Assembly: GCA_043228905.1 (NCBI GenBank)
Contig: JBHGNT010000012.1
Coordinates: 10,974,001 to 11,038,000 of the forward strand
Direction: 5' to 3'
DNA: 64,000 nt
Origin: Azolla caroliniana
Lineage: Eukaryota; Plantae; Polypodiophyta
The position numbers and the translations under genes were made by a program. This document shows positions 39,411 through 53,100 of this stretch, in pieces. The notes beneath the pieces are model-generated. The model was not told the origin of the DNA and did no database searches. It saw nothing but the letters and a program-made list of their open reading frames with translations. The first letter of the stretch is position 1. Each line of letters begins with the position of its first letter.

Positions 39411-42220
39411 ATCTTTGCAATGTCAAAGGATGATTCTTATCATTCTTCATCATAATCCACAACATCTAAGGAAAACAATGAGTCATCTACATTTGAAAGG
39501 GAGGACGAGGCGGTGGGTCCCTTCATGTTTTGTTCCCCAGGGTATTTTGTGTTTACAAGAGGTACATATGATTTGATGTTTAATGATTTATCAGGAAAAG
39601 TTAAGGTAATGTTGGAATCATTACGTGATGTTGCAAGGGTGCACCTATCAATCTCCATGCATGGAGGTGCATGAAGAGTTGACACATGCTAGGAAATGAG
39701 AGTGGGATCTACCTTAAGGCATCAACTAACCTTCAAGTCATATATATAGAGGAATGGAGGGAGGTAGTATTCGCATCAGATGGTGGTACATCGCATCTCC
39801 CATTGTCAAAGACTCTTAAAGAGTGAAAGAGACATTGGGCTTGTGATCTTTGTGATCATGGCATCACTAGTGCATACGTAAAAGCACTAGTTGACCATTG
39901 TGGTTGCCAATCAGTGTCAAAGGCAACACCAAAAGACATGGGGGATTGAGGTAGAATATAACAAATGTAACAAGACTAGTTCCATCAGGTTGATTGAGGT
40001 AGAATCCCTTAAGTTAGATGATGCGCTCAACAATGTTCAAACCAAGTATCACACATGCTTTCAAAAAGGGGACCAAAAGGGTATGCATGTGACTAGGTAT
40101 ACTTGTCATTGTGCTGGGAAATCTCGACGTGTGAATCCTTGCACCAAGTGCAAGGGTTCATCATTATGTGAGTGTTGCTTCCATGTCGACGTGCGAAGGA
40201 ATGATGGGGTTGACCAAGGGACCATGAACATTTCAATATATGGACCTCATAGTGGTCATGTACCAGGAAGTAGACCAAATGTATACCATTTGCCAGCACA
40301 CCCAAATGTCATAAGTTGTTGCAAAGATGACCTATTTCATGTTGGGTGTGCACAACATGTTGCACAGATGAGCATGTGCAAAGAAGCATATCACAAGTCC
40401 AAGGCTAGTTCATTAGAACTTGTTAGTTACCAATTCTTTATGATACCAACGAAGGCCCATAGCATGGCAAATGCCTTAAAAATCGGCAGTGCCATGTCGA
40501 TTGATTGGTCTTTGATGATGCAAGATGCCCATGCAATTCAAGATCTTGGGAAAGTGGCTCATGTCCAACCCTACTTCCTTGGTGAACTAGGATCTCCCGC
40601 CACGCAACCATCTATCTTGATACTTCAAGATCAATGGACGTTGGAAATGTGTGAGAGGTTGTCGCAAAATAATTCTTGGGAAATGGACTCCCCATTTAAA
40701 GCAAACCAATTTGAGCTACCATTATATGTTGTGGTTGCCCCAAACACCATGGGATTTGGGATCCCATTATGGTACATGATATGTAGTTCTAATAAGGGGT
40801 CAAATCGTGAGCAAATTGTTTTAGAAACTTGCTTAACAATAATATTCGCAAGGATGCCCAAGGTGAGGCCAAATGCAATACCGATCGGTAAATGTTGGAT
40901 AAGACCGATCGATAAATGGGCAACGGTCGCAAACACATTGTCGCCTTTTATTGTCCAAGCAAAAAAATCATGAGTGTACAACTTGTTGCCCAAAGTAAGT
41001 GTTGCCAAGAGAAACCGTCTCTATCAACGGATGTGCCAACTTATACATTGCATTACGGAATGAGCGTTCAATGCAATCTGTGGGGTTAAAGGTAGAATAT
41101 GTGGACAAACCCGGTGTTTGGCAATATATTGAAGAAGGATGGTGTGGCTTGACATGTGTGTGGAAGAAACTATGGCCAAAGTTTGGTAGATTATTCAACT
41201 ATGGATATGTTGACAAGTTCTACCGATATTGCAGAGAGAGATTGGCAATTTATCAAGTATACTACTTTGAGAGAAAGAATAGGCCGATATAGAGCATGTC
41301 TTAATCGAGGACAATGAAATCGACACTTGCATCAGAGGGACAATCATAGAATGGTACATGCAACTACAAGAAATACGTGAGAGTGGTAGATTTGCACCCC
41401 ATGCAAATTGTAAGGATGGAAGGTCAAGACTTGTAGAGGCTGAGAGGATACTTGAAAGGTATGTGTCATATACCAACACAATGCATATTGTGTACAAGGC
41501 CCAATATTGGTTTCGAATATTGAGCATGAAGACTCCCATTATATGGTATAATGTTTCATGCCAATGCTCATATTGTGATTGCCAAGACCTAGCAAGTAAA
41601 TGTAAGCATTTACTTGGAATTTGGATGATCGTTGAGAGGCATATGTCATCCCTATGTGGGTCATCACCATATATAGATCATATGAATGTGAGATATCACG
41701 GAAACAGAAGTGGAGATAGAGACAAAACCAGTCGTGGAAACAAAGGTCGAACCAGTAGACATGGAATCATGGAAGTCTCAAATACAAAGTTAACAACCAC
41801 GGAAGTTATTCAATGGCTTGAGCAAGGGTTAGGATCCCTTGAACATGTTGATTTTGAGGATTGTTTGCAACAAATGGCAAATCTACGGCAAAAGATATAT
41901 GGTTTTGGGGCATCAAAATCAACCAACGAAGAAGGCGTAGATCCATTTAAAGTTAGAAACAACAAATTGGTGCAAAAAGAGGAGCAACGATCAACATCTT
42001 GCAAAAACTTATTAGCAGCTCCCCAAAACCCTTCGAAATCCCACACCGGAAAACTACAGAGAGGTGCAAGTGGGGCGAGGAGGTAATTGCCAATATATGA
42101 GATTGAGAAGGTTCTTCGATGTTTGCATTGCAATAGCTTGACCTTCACCTCAAATGACTCGAATGCTAATTGTTGCAGAAATTGTGGTGTCATTTTGCCA
42201 TCATCCCCACATGAGCCATA
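39411..42220 (+). pseudogene. Decayed Mutator-like (MULE) transposase with SWIM zinc finger
   Basis: Cys/His DNA-binding-like region YTCHCAG...HSGHVPG; MULE-like MDSPFKANQFELPLYVVVAPNTMGFGIPL; SWIM CDCQD..KCKH; C-terminal zinc ribbon; multiple frameshifts. Confidence 0.78.
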
Positions 42221-42529
42221 ATCTTTGCATATGTTGGATTCAGTTTTCATCCTTAGGGTTTTGGACTTGGATTGTGGACGACTTGTGATATTAGATTTTG
42301 GACATTTTGTAATGATAGATTTTGTAATTTGAAGTTTTAAGTTGTGCGTAATTGGAAGATTGATGTTTTTTCAGTGGAATTTTGGAATTTAACTTTTTAG
42401 TGAAGTTTTTCATGTCTGAATTTGAGTCGGGTATGAAAAGAATGGCGTGCAGAAGAAATATAGGAAAACCAAACAACAGAAAACGCAGGTTTAATGGAAA
42501 GCTTAGGTCTGCACGGTACACACGGGAGA

Positions 42530-45347
42530 GACAGAGAGAGAGTAAAACACAAGAACTTAATTCAAAAATAATACTCAAACTATCTTTACATCGTGCTCAG
42601 TGAGCACCTTTTATACAAGCCCTAACAATGGGCTGATGCAAGTACTGATAGTACTTGACTGCTCATAAATGAGCCTCAACACTAACTCCCAAATATATTC
42701 CTTGCGGAATATCTTTCCGATGGCCTCCCGATTTCTGCACCGATCCGGCCTTCCTACGCACCGGTCTACGTACCGGTTTCCAACCGATCCGGCCTAACCG
42801 ATCGATCCCAACCGATCCGGTCCTCGGCTTGCTCAGCCGATCCGGCCGATGTTGAGCTTGTCTCTCAACACTCCCCCTTAATCTCAACTTGAGGCTCTTC
42901 GGGATCTTCCGGATCACCGCTCCGGTTCCTCCTGGCTCCATGCCTCGCTCGCGCTCCTCGGCCTGTTCAACTCTGCGTGCTTCGACCCTTCCGGTCGGTA
43001 CGGCCCTTCACAGCTCCCTTGCTGTCGCGGTGTTGGCGCTTCTCCTGCTGCCTTCTTTTCCGTTTGGCCCTCGGTTGATTCAGTGTATCTGAATCAAACA
43101 TTCGAACCGACTCGGCTACCTCCGATCGGTTTTCACTCTCGTCCGAGTTGGTTGTCTCCAACTCGTCTTCAGTCTTCTCGTCCTTCACGGCATCATCTCC
43201 CCCATGCTTGGTTGGCTTTGGCTCTTTCTTCCAGTTGCTCCCCTTATGTACGCTTTCGGACTCTTCTGTGGATCTGCCCTCGGCTTCTTCATCCGATCCA
43301 AAGTCGAATTCGTCATCTGACTCGATGTCGCAACTTGACCAGTCCAAGAGGCTTGGTGAAGATGTCGGCGGTCTGCCGATCCGTCGGAACATACTGAAGC
43401 TCGACGTCACCGGAGAGAACACGCTCACGAACGAAATGGTAGTGCACCTCAATGTGCTTAGTCCGGGCGTGGAAAACGGGGTTCTTCGCGAGCTGGATGT
43501 TGCTGACGTTGTCGCAATAGATCGTCGTTGGATCGGACACCTCCTCTTGTAGATCCTTAAGTAGCCGCTTCAACCATATGGCTTCGCATTTCGTGACAGC
43601 CGCTCCTCGGTACTCAGCTTCGGTGCTCGACAGTGCAACTGTCGACTACTTCTTACTGCTCCATGCTATTGCGGCACTCCCAAGAGAGAACGCGTATCCG
43701 GACGTGGATCGGCGATCGGCGACGTTGTCAGCCCAGTCGGCATTAGTGTAGCCGACCAATTGCGAGGCGATACTAGTCCGATATAGCAGTCCCCGGTCCT
43801 TAGTGCCGCTTACGTACCGTAGTACGCGTTGCGCACACTAAAGGTGCTCCTCGGTAGGTCGCGCCATGAACTGACTGATCACCCCGACCGAATAACCGAG
43901 ATCGGGTCGAGTGATTGTCAAGTAGATAAGGCTTCTAACAATTTGTCAGAACCTCATCAGGTCGCATACCTTTCCGGAATTGGGGCGAAGCTTGACGGTT
44001 CTATCAAGAGGAGTCGAGACGGACTTACAGTCTACCATCCCGAATTTGAAGAGCATATTCAGCGCGTAATGACGTTGGCTGATTAGTATGCCTTCGGGGG
44101 TGCGGATCACTTCGATCCCGAGGAAGTAATGAAGGTCCTCCAAATCCTTCATGTCAAATGATGCCGCAAATTGGAGCTTTACGCGGTCGATTTCACCTAA
44201 GTCGGCGCTGGTGATGACCAAGTCATCAACATATAGTAAAATACTAACCGGCCCGAGTCGACCTTTCCGGATGAACAGGGAAGAGTCCGATTTCGACCTT
44301 GTATCGTTTGACCGAGCCGTCGGTGTTGTACTTGACTTTGTACACCCACCTACATCCGATCGGCTTCACACCCTTCGATGCGTCAACCAAGTCCCAGGTC
44401 TCGTTTTCCGCCAATGCGTGCATCTCTTCCTCCATCCCGGCGCGCCAATTCGCGTCCTTAGCCGCTTCTGCGTAACTCTCTGGCTCACTCACTTCCGCGA
44501 CACGGGTCATGTACGCATAATGATGCGCCATGTACTCGTTGTATCCGAACTGCACAACTGGGTTCCTTTGGCGGGTAGATCGGCGTAATCGGTCATTAGC
44601 CGATATCGAGGTCTTCTCGGCCGGCGCGGACTTCGCTCTTGAAGACCCGTCGCCGCTTCCTTCGGAGTCGGACTCGCGTTGGCCTAACTCGTTCCTATCT
44701 GTGCCGGAATCCGACACCTTCTTCTTCCCTTTCTCTTTGCGCGTAAGCCGTCTCCTCGGCTTCCTGCGCGGGGAATGCACGACCAAGTCTCCACTACTCG
44801 TCGGCTCTTCATCGGACTGGTCATACCGACTCAGTCGTTCATTCGTTCCATTTACCTGAAACGAAGTCGGACTCTCTTCATGGGTCCCGATTTCCGGCTC
44901 ATCCGGAGACATCTCGGCCTTGCTGACCTCATCGTCAGAACTCGGATTGGAGGTGAGGTCCGGAGTCGGGGGCAAGTACCAGGACACGGACTCGTCAAAC
45001 ACAATGTCGCGGCTCACGCGCGCTTGTTTGATGCGTGGGTTATAGCACTTATAGCCCTTCTGTTCGTCTGAATAGCCGACCAAGATACACTTCTCGGCTT
45101 TCGCGTCCAACTTCCTCCTTTTCTCCTTCGGCACATGCACATACGCAATGCTACTGAAAACTCTCAAGTGTCGCAAGTTCGGCTTCGTTCCGAAGTATAG
45201 CTCGTGCGCCGACACTTTGTCTCCGATCCGGTTCTGGATGTATACCGCGGTCCTTACTACCTCGGCCCAGTAGAACTTGGGCCCCGTACCGCTTCCACAA
45301 CCAACCGATTTTTCCTCTCAGCCACGCCGTTTTGCTCCGGCGTGTAT
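42530..45347 (-). mobile_element. Truncated, internally deleted Copia (family related to 13449-18905) with 3' LTR remnant ending 42870
   Basis: KCILVGYS, IGCRWVYK joined directly to the late RT (deletion), TKHIEVHYHF; PPT 42871-42881. Confidence 0.88.
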
Positions 45348-46855
45348 CTACAACAGATTCAGTTGTAAACGGTTATCTACTCGTCGGCTTAAAAGATTAG
45401 TAAACGGCGTCGTCAATTGGGAGTAATTACGAAGAGACTTTCGCAAAAACCCGACAAAACCAAGGAATGATCGAACTTCTCGAATATTCCGAAGAGTGGG
45501 CCAAAGCTTGATTTTCTCAATGCGAGAAGGATCAATTTCAACTCCTCTTTCAATTATGAGATGTCCAAGATAAGTAATTGATTTCTTGAAGAACTCACAT
45601 TTTGAGATCTTCACATAAAGTTGTTTGTCACACAATGTTTGTAAAACAAAGCGGACATGTTTAGCATGTTCTTGTAATGTACGGCTATAAACTAAAATAT
45701 CATCCAAGAAAATAATGACAAATTTTCCAAGTTGTTCTCGGAAAATGTCATTCATTTCTTGTTGAAATGTAGTCGGAGCATTGGTCAAACCAAAAGGCAT
45801 AACCAAAAACTCATAATGGCCTTAGCGCGTACGAAATGCCGTTTTTGGAATATCGTCCTCACTTATACGAATTTGATGGTAGCCAGTACGGAGATCAAGT
45901 TTCATAAAATACCGAGCTCCCTGGAGACGATCAATTAGATCATCAGCCCGGGGCAATGGATATGAATTCTTGATCGTCACTTTATTCAAGTGTCGGTAAT
46001 TAATACACATACGCCATGTGCCCTCTTTCTTTTTAACCAAGAGAACTAGTGCACCCCATGGAGATTTACTATAACGTATATAACCCATTCATAAATAGTC
46101 CTTGAGTTGCTTAGATACCTCATCCTCTTCGGATCGACTTAAGCGATAAGGGGGTATACTTATTGGTGCAACGCTAGGTACAATATCTATACGATGGTCT
46201 ATATTACGTTTAGGAGGTAACCCATCTGGTAGTTCACTCGGAAAAACATCACGAAAATCATTTAAGATTTCATCAAGTTGTTGTTGTATGAATCGCCCCA
46301 TTGATGTATTGTACTCTTCCATCAGCCAAGTTCACCGTATAGGTGTGATCACTTACGGTGGGTTGGATTCCCCATATCTGAACCAAACGATCATTCACAA
46401 AGTTGTGTGAGCTTCTCGAATCAACCAAAAATTGTACGGGACATCCATTGATATACTCGTTTGCACGTAGTAAATCATTGGGACCCAAAACATAATGAGG
46501 CAAGAGAACATTGACAATTACTTAAATGATGTGTATAGACCTGAAGGACATTAGGAATCTAACCTTTATTGTCTGCAGCTTTAGCTTTGTTGTCATGCTC
46601 TTTCCGTTGGAGCTTTCGACATTGCTCTTTTGTATGACCCTTCCTTTTGCAGAATATGCAAAAAGGATGTTGTCGCTTACAATCGTGATCCATGAATTCG
46701 TTGTACAGAGGGAGGTTGCAAAAAACGGCCTCTTCGAAGTGTTGAGAAATGCGCGGAATATCGCTCGGCCACAACCGAGTAGTAAAACACTTCTATAAGA
46801 ATCAAAACACAGAAATGGAAAGTGGAGAGTCCACAAGGAAAAATGACACAGGATG

Positions 46856-47421
46856 TGTTGGGAATATGTCCCTCCAGTGGGAGGATGATCCGAATGTTCG
46901 GAAAGCCAACAGTCGAAGAGTCGGGAAAACTGGAGTCGTGTTGATGAGGAACTCAGCCGAGGCCGAAACCTGAATTGGGTATATAGCCAACTTGGGTGAC
47001 TATACTTGTAAATAGTCTAAATGTGCGCCCCATGAGGGCTACGTATGTAAATAGCTGGAAAGTTGTGTAAGTATATATACAACTAGGGCAAACTTTATGT
47101 GTGTGTAGAATGTGTTAGTGTAGAACAGAGTTAGAATGAGAGAGCATGTGTGTGTGTGAGAGAAGGTAGAGCCGTGTCATAGCTGTGTGCGTAACAACAG
47201 ATGCGAAGAGCCCTGTGCGGCTGATACATTCAACAGAGTGTTGTAATCATCTCCGTGTTGTATATCCACTAGATATAGTGAAGAATCTGTTCTCGTGGTT
47301 TTCCCCGTTTTAGGGTTTCCACGTAAATCTCTGTTTATCTTGTCTTTCTGTATTTCTGCAATTCGTATTTCAGCGCGTAGTTCGTTCTTTGTGATTTATA
47401 TTCCGCAACGATTTCTCATCA
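46856..47421 (+). mobile_element. Solo LTR, 566 bp, TSD GGATG
   Basis: GGATG|TGTTGG...CATCA|GGATG; absent from the sister LTR. Confidence 0.9.
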
Positions 47422-47806
47422 GGATGTTTATGTGGAAAACCCTAATAAGGAAAAACCACGGGAGCCCACAGACTCCGAACTATCACCATGAAGAGAAAGG
47501 GGTACAATCAGAGATTCGGAGGCAATGACCTCGAGCTCTGTTTCTTCGCACAGTGGCGGTTACGACAGAGTATCGCTCTGTATCTCTCTCTCTCCCTCTG
47601 TACAACAGTTACAACAATATGACAATAACACAATCACACTCTCTCTACATAAAGTGATTGCCCTAAGTCATATTTATAGTTATATGAACTTAAGGCTATT
47701 TACAAATATAGCCTCAATGGGCTTATTCAAGACATATTTACAAATCTATCTTCTCTTCCGGTTCTCACCGGGTCCTCTTTATTCATCACCAGATCCCATC
47801 CGGAGA

Positions 47807-48159
47807 TGTCACGGATCATAAACTCAAGAGACAACCAAGAAGATAACTAAATGGACAAGAAAGAAGATAGTACTAAAGGAAAGACTCCATAACTGGTGTT
47901 GTTCACCTTGAATTCCTTCAAGGTGAACTCCTCTATTTATACTACATGGCATGCACACTTGTTGCACGCATGTGAATCTACAATAGAGCATGTAGGTATG
48001 CATGCATGTGCCAAGTGTAAATACTACAAGGGAGCAACTATGCACATGATGCTAGCAAAATAATAAGGACCAATTACATACATAACTAGTACTAGATATC
48101 TTGGTTAACTCATTATAGTAGATTATAACATGGTCGTGTCAAGAGTTCGAATCTTGACA
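47807..48159. mobile_element. Solo LTR, 353 bp, TSD GGAGA
   Basis: GGAGA|TGTCAC...TTGACA|GGAGA; absent from the sister LTR. Confidence 0.9.
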
Positions 48160-49653
48160 GGAGAGACCAATTTTCCCAACAATCTCCCCCTTCACTCCGG
48201 TATGGGATGTCTTGTAAGTCTGATCCACTTCCGGCATGTGTCCAACTTGTCGGGTGTCAGTACCGTGGCCAGCATATCTGACCCGTTCTCCTCCATGTGG
48301 ATCTTTGTCAACACGAACTCTTGATCTTCAACTCGCTCCCGGATCCAGTGGTACCTACGTTGGATGTGCTTCGTTCTACAATGGTATGCCGCGTTCTTTG
48401 CAAGGTGGATGGCACTTTGACTGTCGCAGTAGAGCCGGTATTCCTCTTGCCGGATCCCTAGCTCTCCAATGAAGTCCTTCATCCATAATATTTCCTTGTC
48501 GGCTTCCACAACTACCATGTACTCCGCCTCTGTGGTTGACAACGCAACCGTCTTCTGCAACCTCGACTACCACGAAACGGCTCCCCTTGCATAGTTCATG
48601 ACATATCCGAAAGTTGACCGGCTGGTGTCCACATCAGCCGACATATCCAAATTGGTAAATCCTTCCATGAGGGGTTTACCAAACCCGAATCGGAGGTACA
48701 TACTCGAAATGCCCTTCAAATACTGGAGTATCCATTTTACCGCATTCCAATGCTCTTTTCCGGGGTTGGTCATGAACCGACTCAACACACCAACTGCGTA
48801 TCCAATATCCAGTCGAGTACACACCATTGCGTACATCAAGCTCCCGACCGCAGAGGCATATGGAATCTTCATCATATCCGCCTTCTCTGCCTTTGTCTTC
48901 GGGTTTTGCTTACCTGATAATCTGTAGTTTGCCAGGAGTGTCGATCGGACCGGTTTTGCTTCTGACATGTTAAACCGTTGAAGCACCTTTGTCACGTACT
49001 TTCCTATGACAGCCACAATTGCTTCTTCGACCGGTCCCGGATGATGTGTATCCCCAGTATCTGTCTTGCCAGACCCAAGTCTTTCATTGAGAAGGTCCAG
49101 TTCAGGGCCTTCTTCCGCATCCGAATATTGCCTTGGTCTCGTCCGACGATCAACATATCATCCACATATAGGACGAGTATCAAGAAGTCTCCTCTGTCAA
49201 ATTTCTTCACAAACACGTAGTGATCAGCTTGCGTCTTGTGGTACCCTTGGTCGGTCATGAAGGAGTCAAACTTTCGGTACCATTGCCGGGGAGCTTGCTT
49301 CAGTCCGCATAAGCTCTTCTTCAGCCAGCACACTAGGTGCTCCTTCCCTTTCTTCTCAAATCCTTCCGGTTGATGCATGTAGATCTCCTCTTCGAGGTCA
49401 CCATGAAGGAATGTCGTCTTCATGTCCAGTTACTCTACCTCGTGGTTCATGCTTGCCGCTATGCCCAATACTGTCCGGATGGATGTCATCTTTACTACCG
49501 GGGCAAAGATCTCATCGAAATCCACTCCTTTCTTCTGCAAGAAGCCCTTCACCACGATTTGAGCCTTATACCTTGGTGGATTTCCGGTGTCTCCCGATTT
49601 CAGCTTGTACACCCACTTGTTCCGGAGTGCCCTCTTTCCTTTCGGCAACTCCA

Positions 49654-50128
49654 CCAATTCGTATGTGTGGTTCTCATGCAGGGAATCCATCTCATCCTGC
49701 ATGGCACTCAACCACTTGCGACTGTGGGTGTCTCCCCTTGCTTCTTCAAAGCTTTCCGGCTCCCCCTCATCGGTTAGCAACACATGCTCTGCATCCGGAA
49801 ATCTTCGGGGGGCTCTTCTCTCCCGGAGAGGATATCTCCATCCTTGGTTTCTGACTACCGGTCCCTCCGTTTGTTCCAAATCCGAATCCAATTCGTATGT
49901 GTGGTTCTCATGCAGGGAATCCATCTCATCCTGCATGGCACTCAACCACTTGCGACTGTGGGTGTCTCCCCTTGCTTCTTCAAAGCTTTCCGGCTCCCCC
50001 TCATCGGTTAGCAACACATGCTCTGCATCCGGAAATCTTCGGGGGCTCTTCTCTCCCGGAGAGGATATCTCCATCCTTGGTTTCTGACTACCGGTCCCTC
50101 CGTTTGTTCCAAATCCGAATCCGATTCG
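49654..50128 (-). repeat. 234-bp near-perfect tandem duplication in Copia pol
   Basis: Repeat unit starts at 49654 and 49888; junction microhomology CC(A/G)ATTCG. Confidence 0.9.
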
Positions 50129-53100
50129 GGATCTTGTGCAATTCTGGTGACTTCATCATCATCATCATCTTCTTCTTCTTCTTCTTCTTCTTCTTCGGTC
50201 GGTTCGGTTTCTCATCCGTATCCGGCCGGTTCGTCGAGTATCATCCGGTTACCGGCTAACATCCGGTTTTCAACTAGGTATATCCTTTTTTCCTCAGGCC
50301 AGTTTTCAATGGATGATTCGGAGTTCTTTACCTTCTTCTCCGACTCCCAGTCGGCAATGGTCATGTCTTCCATGAAGACTATGTCCCGACTCTGGAACAC
50401 CTTTCTGTCGACCAGATTCCACACCCGGTAACCGAACTCATCGTCGTCGTATCCAAGGAATATGCATGGCCGGGACTTCGGGTCTAGCTTTTCTCTCTTG
50501 TCCTTTGCCACATGCACATATTCAGACACTCGAACACCTTCAGATGCCGGTAAGATACATCTTTTTCGGTCCATACCTTCTGAGGTGAGTCTCCTCCCAA
50601 GGATACTGAGGGTGATCTGTTTATCACATAGGTCGTCGTCGTCAGCGCCTCAGCCCAAAATGTCTTGGGTAACTTGGCATGTGCGAGCATGCTCCGGACT
50701 CTCTCCATTATGGTCTGGTTCATCCTTTCAACCATCCCGTTTAGTTCCAGCGTCTTCGGCACAGTAAACTCGAGCCGGATTCCCTCCGATCGGCAGTACT
50801 CCTCAAACTACCCCTGGTATTCTCCTCCGTTATCTGCTTGAACCGCCTTCAGCTTTCGGCCGGTTTCTCTTTCCACTCTCGCATGGAGCTCCTTGAAGAC
50901 GGATAGCACCTGATCATTCATCTTCAATGGTGAGACCCACAGCTTTCGGCTGTGGTCATCTATGAACGTCATGAAGTACTGTGATCCGGCATGTGACTTC
51001 GTGTCCACTTGACACACATCGGTATGCACCAGCTCTAGTAGTGCATTCCGTCTCATCGGTGGTCTTGACTGGAAGGAGGTTCGGTTTTGCTTGTCGGCCA
51101 AGCAATCGGTGCACTTCTCAAGTTGCATGTCCTTCACCGGAATGAGGTTGTCTTCGACAAGCCTCTTCATCCCCTTCTCACTCATGTGACACAGTCTTTT
51201 GTGCCACAACTCATCAGCAATGTCGGAAGCAATGTTCACTTCTTCTTCCCGGCATAGCCGGGCGTTCATCAGGTACAATGTGTTGACTTTCCGGGCCTGA
51301 ACCACTATTAGGCTCTCCTTGCTAAACTTCATGACTCCGTTCCGGATGCTACCCATGTAGCCTTCATCATCTAGCCGACCAACTGATATTAGGTTCAGTT
51401 GAACCTCCGGAACGTGTCGGACATCCTTCAGCCTCCCCCTTGACTTTGACCATGTCCCCGACTTTTTCCGGTTCTGGGGACTCCGATTCCTTTGTCTTCC
51501 ACGTTCCGATTCGGTAAGGAGGGCTTTGGCGTCAGAGATCACCTCCTTGTCTTTCTAACACGCCTCCTCATCTAGCAAGCTCGACTTGATTCCTGCTAGG
51601 GATAGTTGTTTTCCTTCCGGCCCGGCGTTGCCCAACGCGACAACTAACGTCTCCCAGCTATCCGAGAGGGAATCGAGCAGGAGCAATGCGAGTACCTCAT
51701 TGGCGAGAGGTACTTCCAACGAGGTTGCTTGATGTATCAACCCCTAGAAGGCATTCATGTGCTCCGCCATACTGGAGCCGTCCTGGTACCGGAGCCTCAC
51801 TAGCTTCCGGAATACCGAAACCCGATTAACGGCATTCTTGTTCTGGAACATGATGTCGATCTTCTCCCAAAGTTCATGAACATTGCTCTCTTCATTGAAG
51901 TTGTTGTACATGCTCATGTCGGTGAAACACCGGATGTATGTCGTCGTCTTCATATGCATCACCTCCCACACTGTGGCGTCGATCTTATCCGATCTCTTGT
52001 CCCCAAACTGAACGGGCAACCAAAGATCTTTAACCACCAGCATGTTCCTCATCTTCGACTTCCACACTGAGTAGTTGGAGCCGGTGAACTTGAACATGCC
52101 GCCGAACGATTCTTCCATTTTCTATGTTGTCCGCTCTGATACCAGATCGTTGGGAAATGCGCGGAATATCCCTCGGCCACAACCGAGTAATAAAACACTT
52201 CTATAAGAATCAAAACACAGAAATGACACAGGATGTTTACGTGGAAAATCTTAATAGGGAAAAACCACGGGAGCCCACAGACTCCGAACTATCACTATGA
52301 AGAGAAAGGGGTACAATCAGAGACTCGGAAGCAACGACCTCGAGCTCTGTTTCTTCGCACAGTGGCGGTTACGATAGAGTATCGCTTTGTATCTCTCTTT
52401 CTCCCTTTGTACAACAATTACAACAATATGACAATAACACAATCACACTCTCTCTACATAAAATGATTGCCCTAAGTCATATTTATAGTTATATGATCTT
52501 AGGTCTATTTACAAATATAGCCTCAATGGGCTTATTCAAGACATATTTACAAATCTGTCTTCTCTTCCGGTTCTCACTGGGTCCTCTTTATTCATCATCA
52601 GATCCCATCCGGAGAGACCGATTTTCCCAACATGAAGGATTTTGGATCCTTATCGTGCACTATCCAATGATAGTCCGAATTGGGGATGCCATTGACAAAA
52701 CAAGCTATTAGCCAATTGTCCCCTTCTAGACCCGATTTTTGGATTTGGGTTCTAGCATGGTGAACATAGTCTTCTAGCGAAGTAACTTTCCTACTAGAGA
52801 GGTTCATTAAAGCTTGAGTTGCCTCGGTTCGAGAGGGAGGTTGCAAAAATTGGCCCTTAAAAACTGTGACAAAATTTGTCCAGGTATCGGGCAATTTCCC
52901 CAAAGTTCGGAGCCCATGCCACCAGGCGGCAGCCTTACCCCCTAGTTCTCGGCCGACATATGCAATCTTCGTACTATCTGGCATGGGATAGAGCTCAAAA
53001 TGAGACTCCCATCGGCCCAACCACGTGTAGATTGCTTCTTCGGTTCTTTCCTTTTTTTCTCCCATAAATGGCTTAACGACAAATGATGGTTCACCTTGTC

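Larger units (their letters stand above)
46740..52632 (-). mobile_element. Full-length degenerate Copia; LTRs 46740-48181 (with two nested solo LTRs) and 52148-52632; TSD CGAAG/TGAAG
   Basis: PBS-Met 52133-52144; PPT ~48184-48194; pol closely similar to the 28192 element. Confidence 0.93.
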
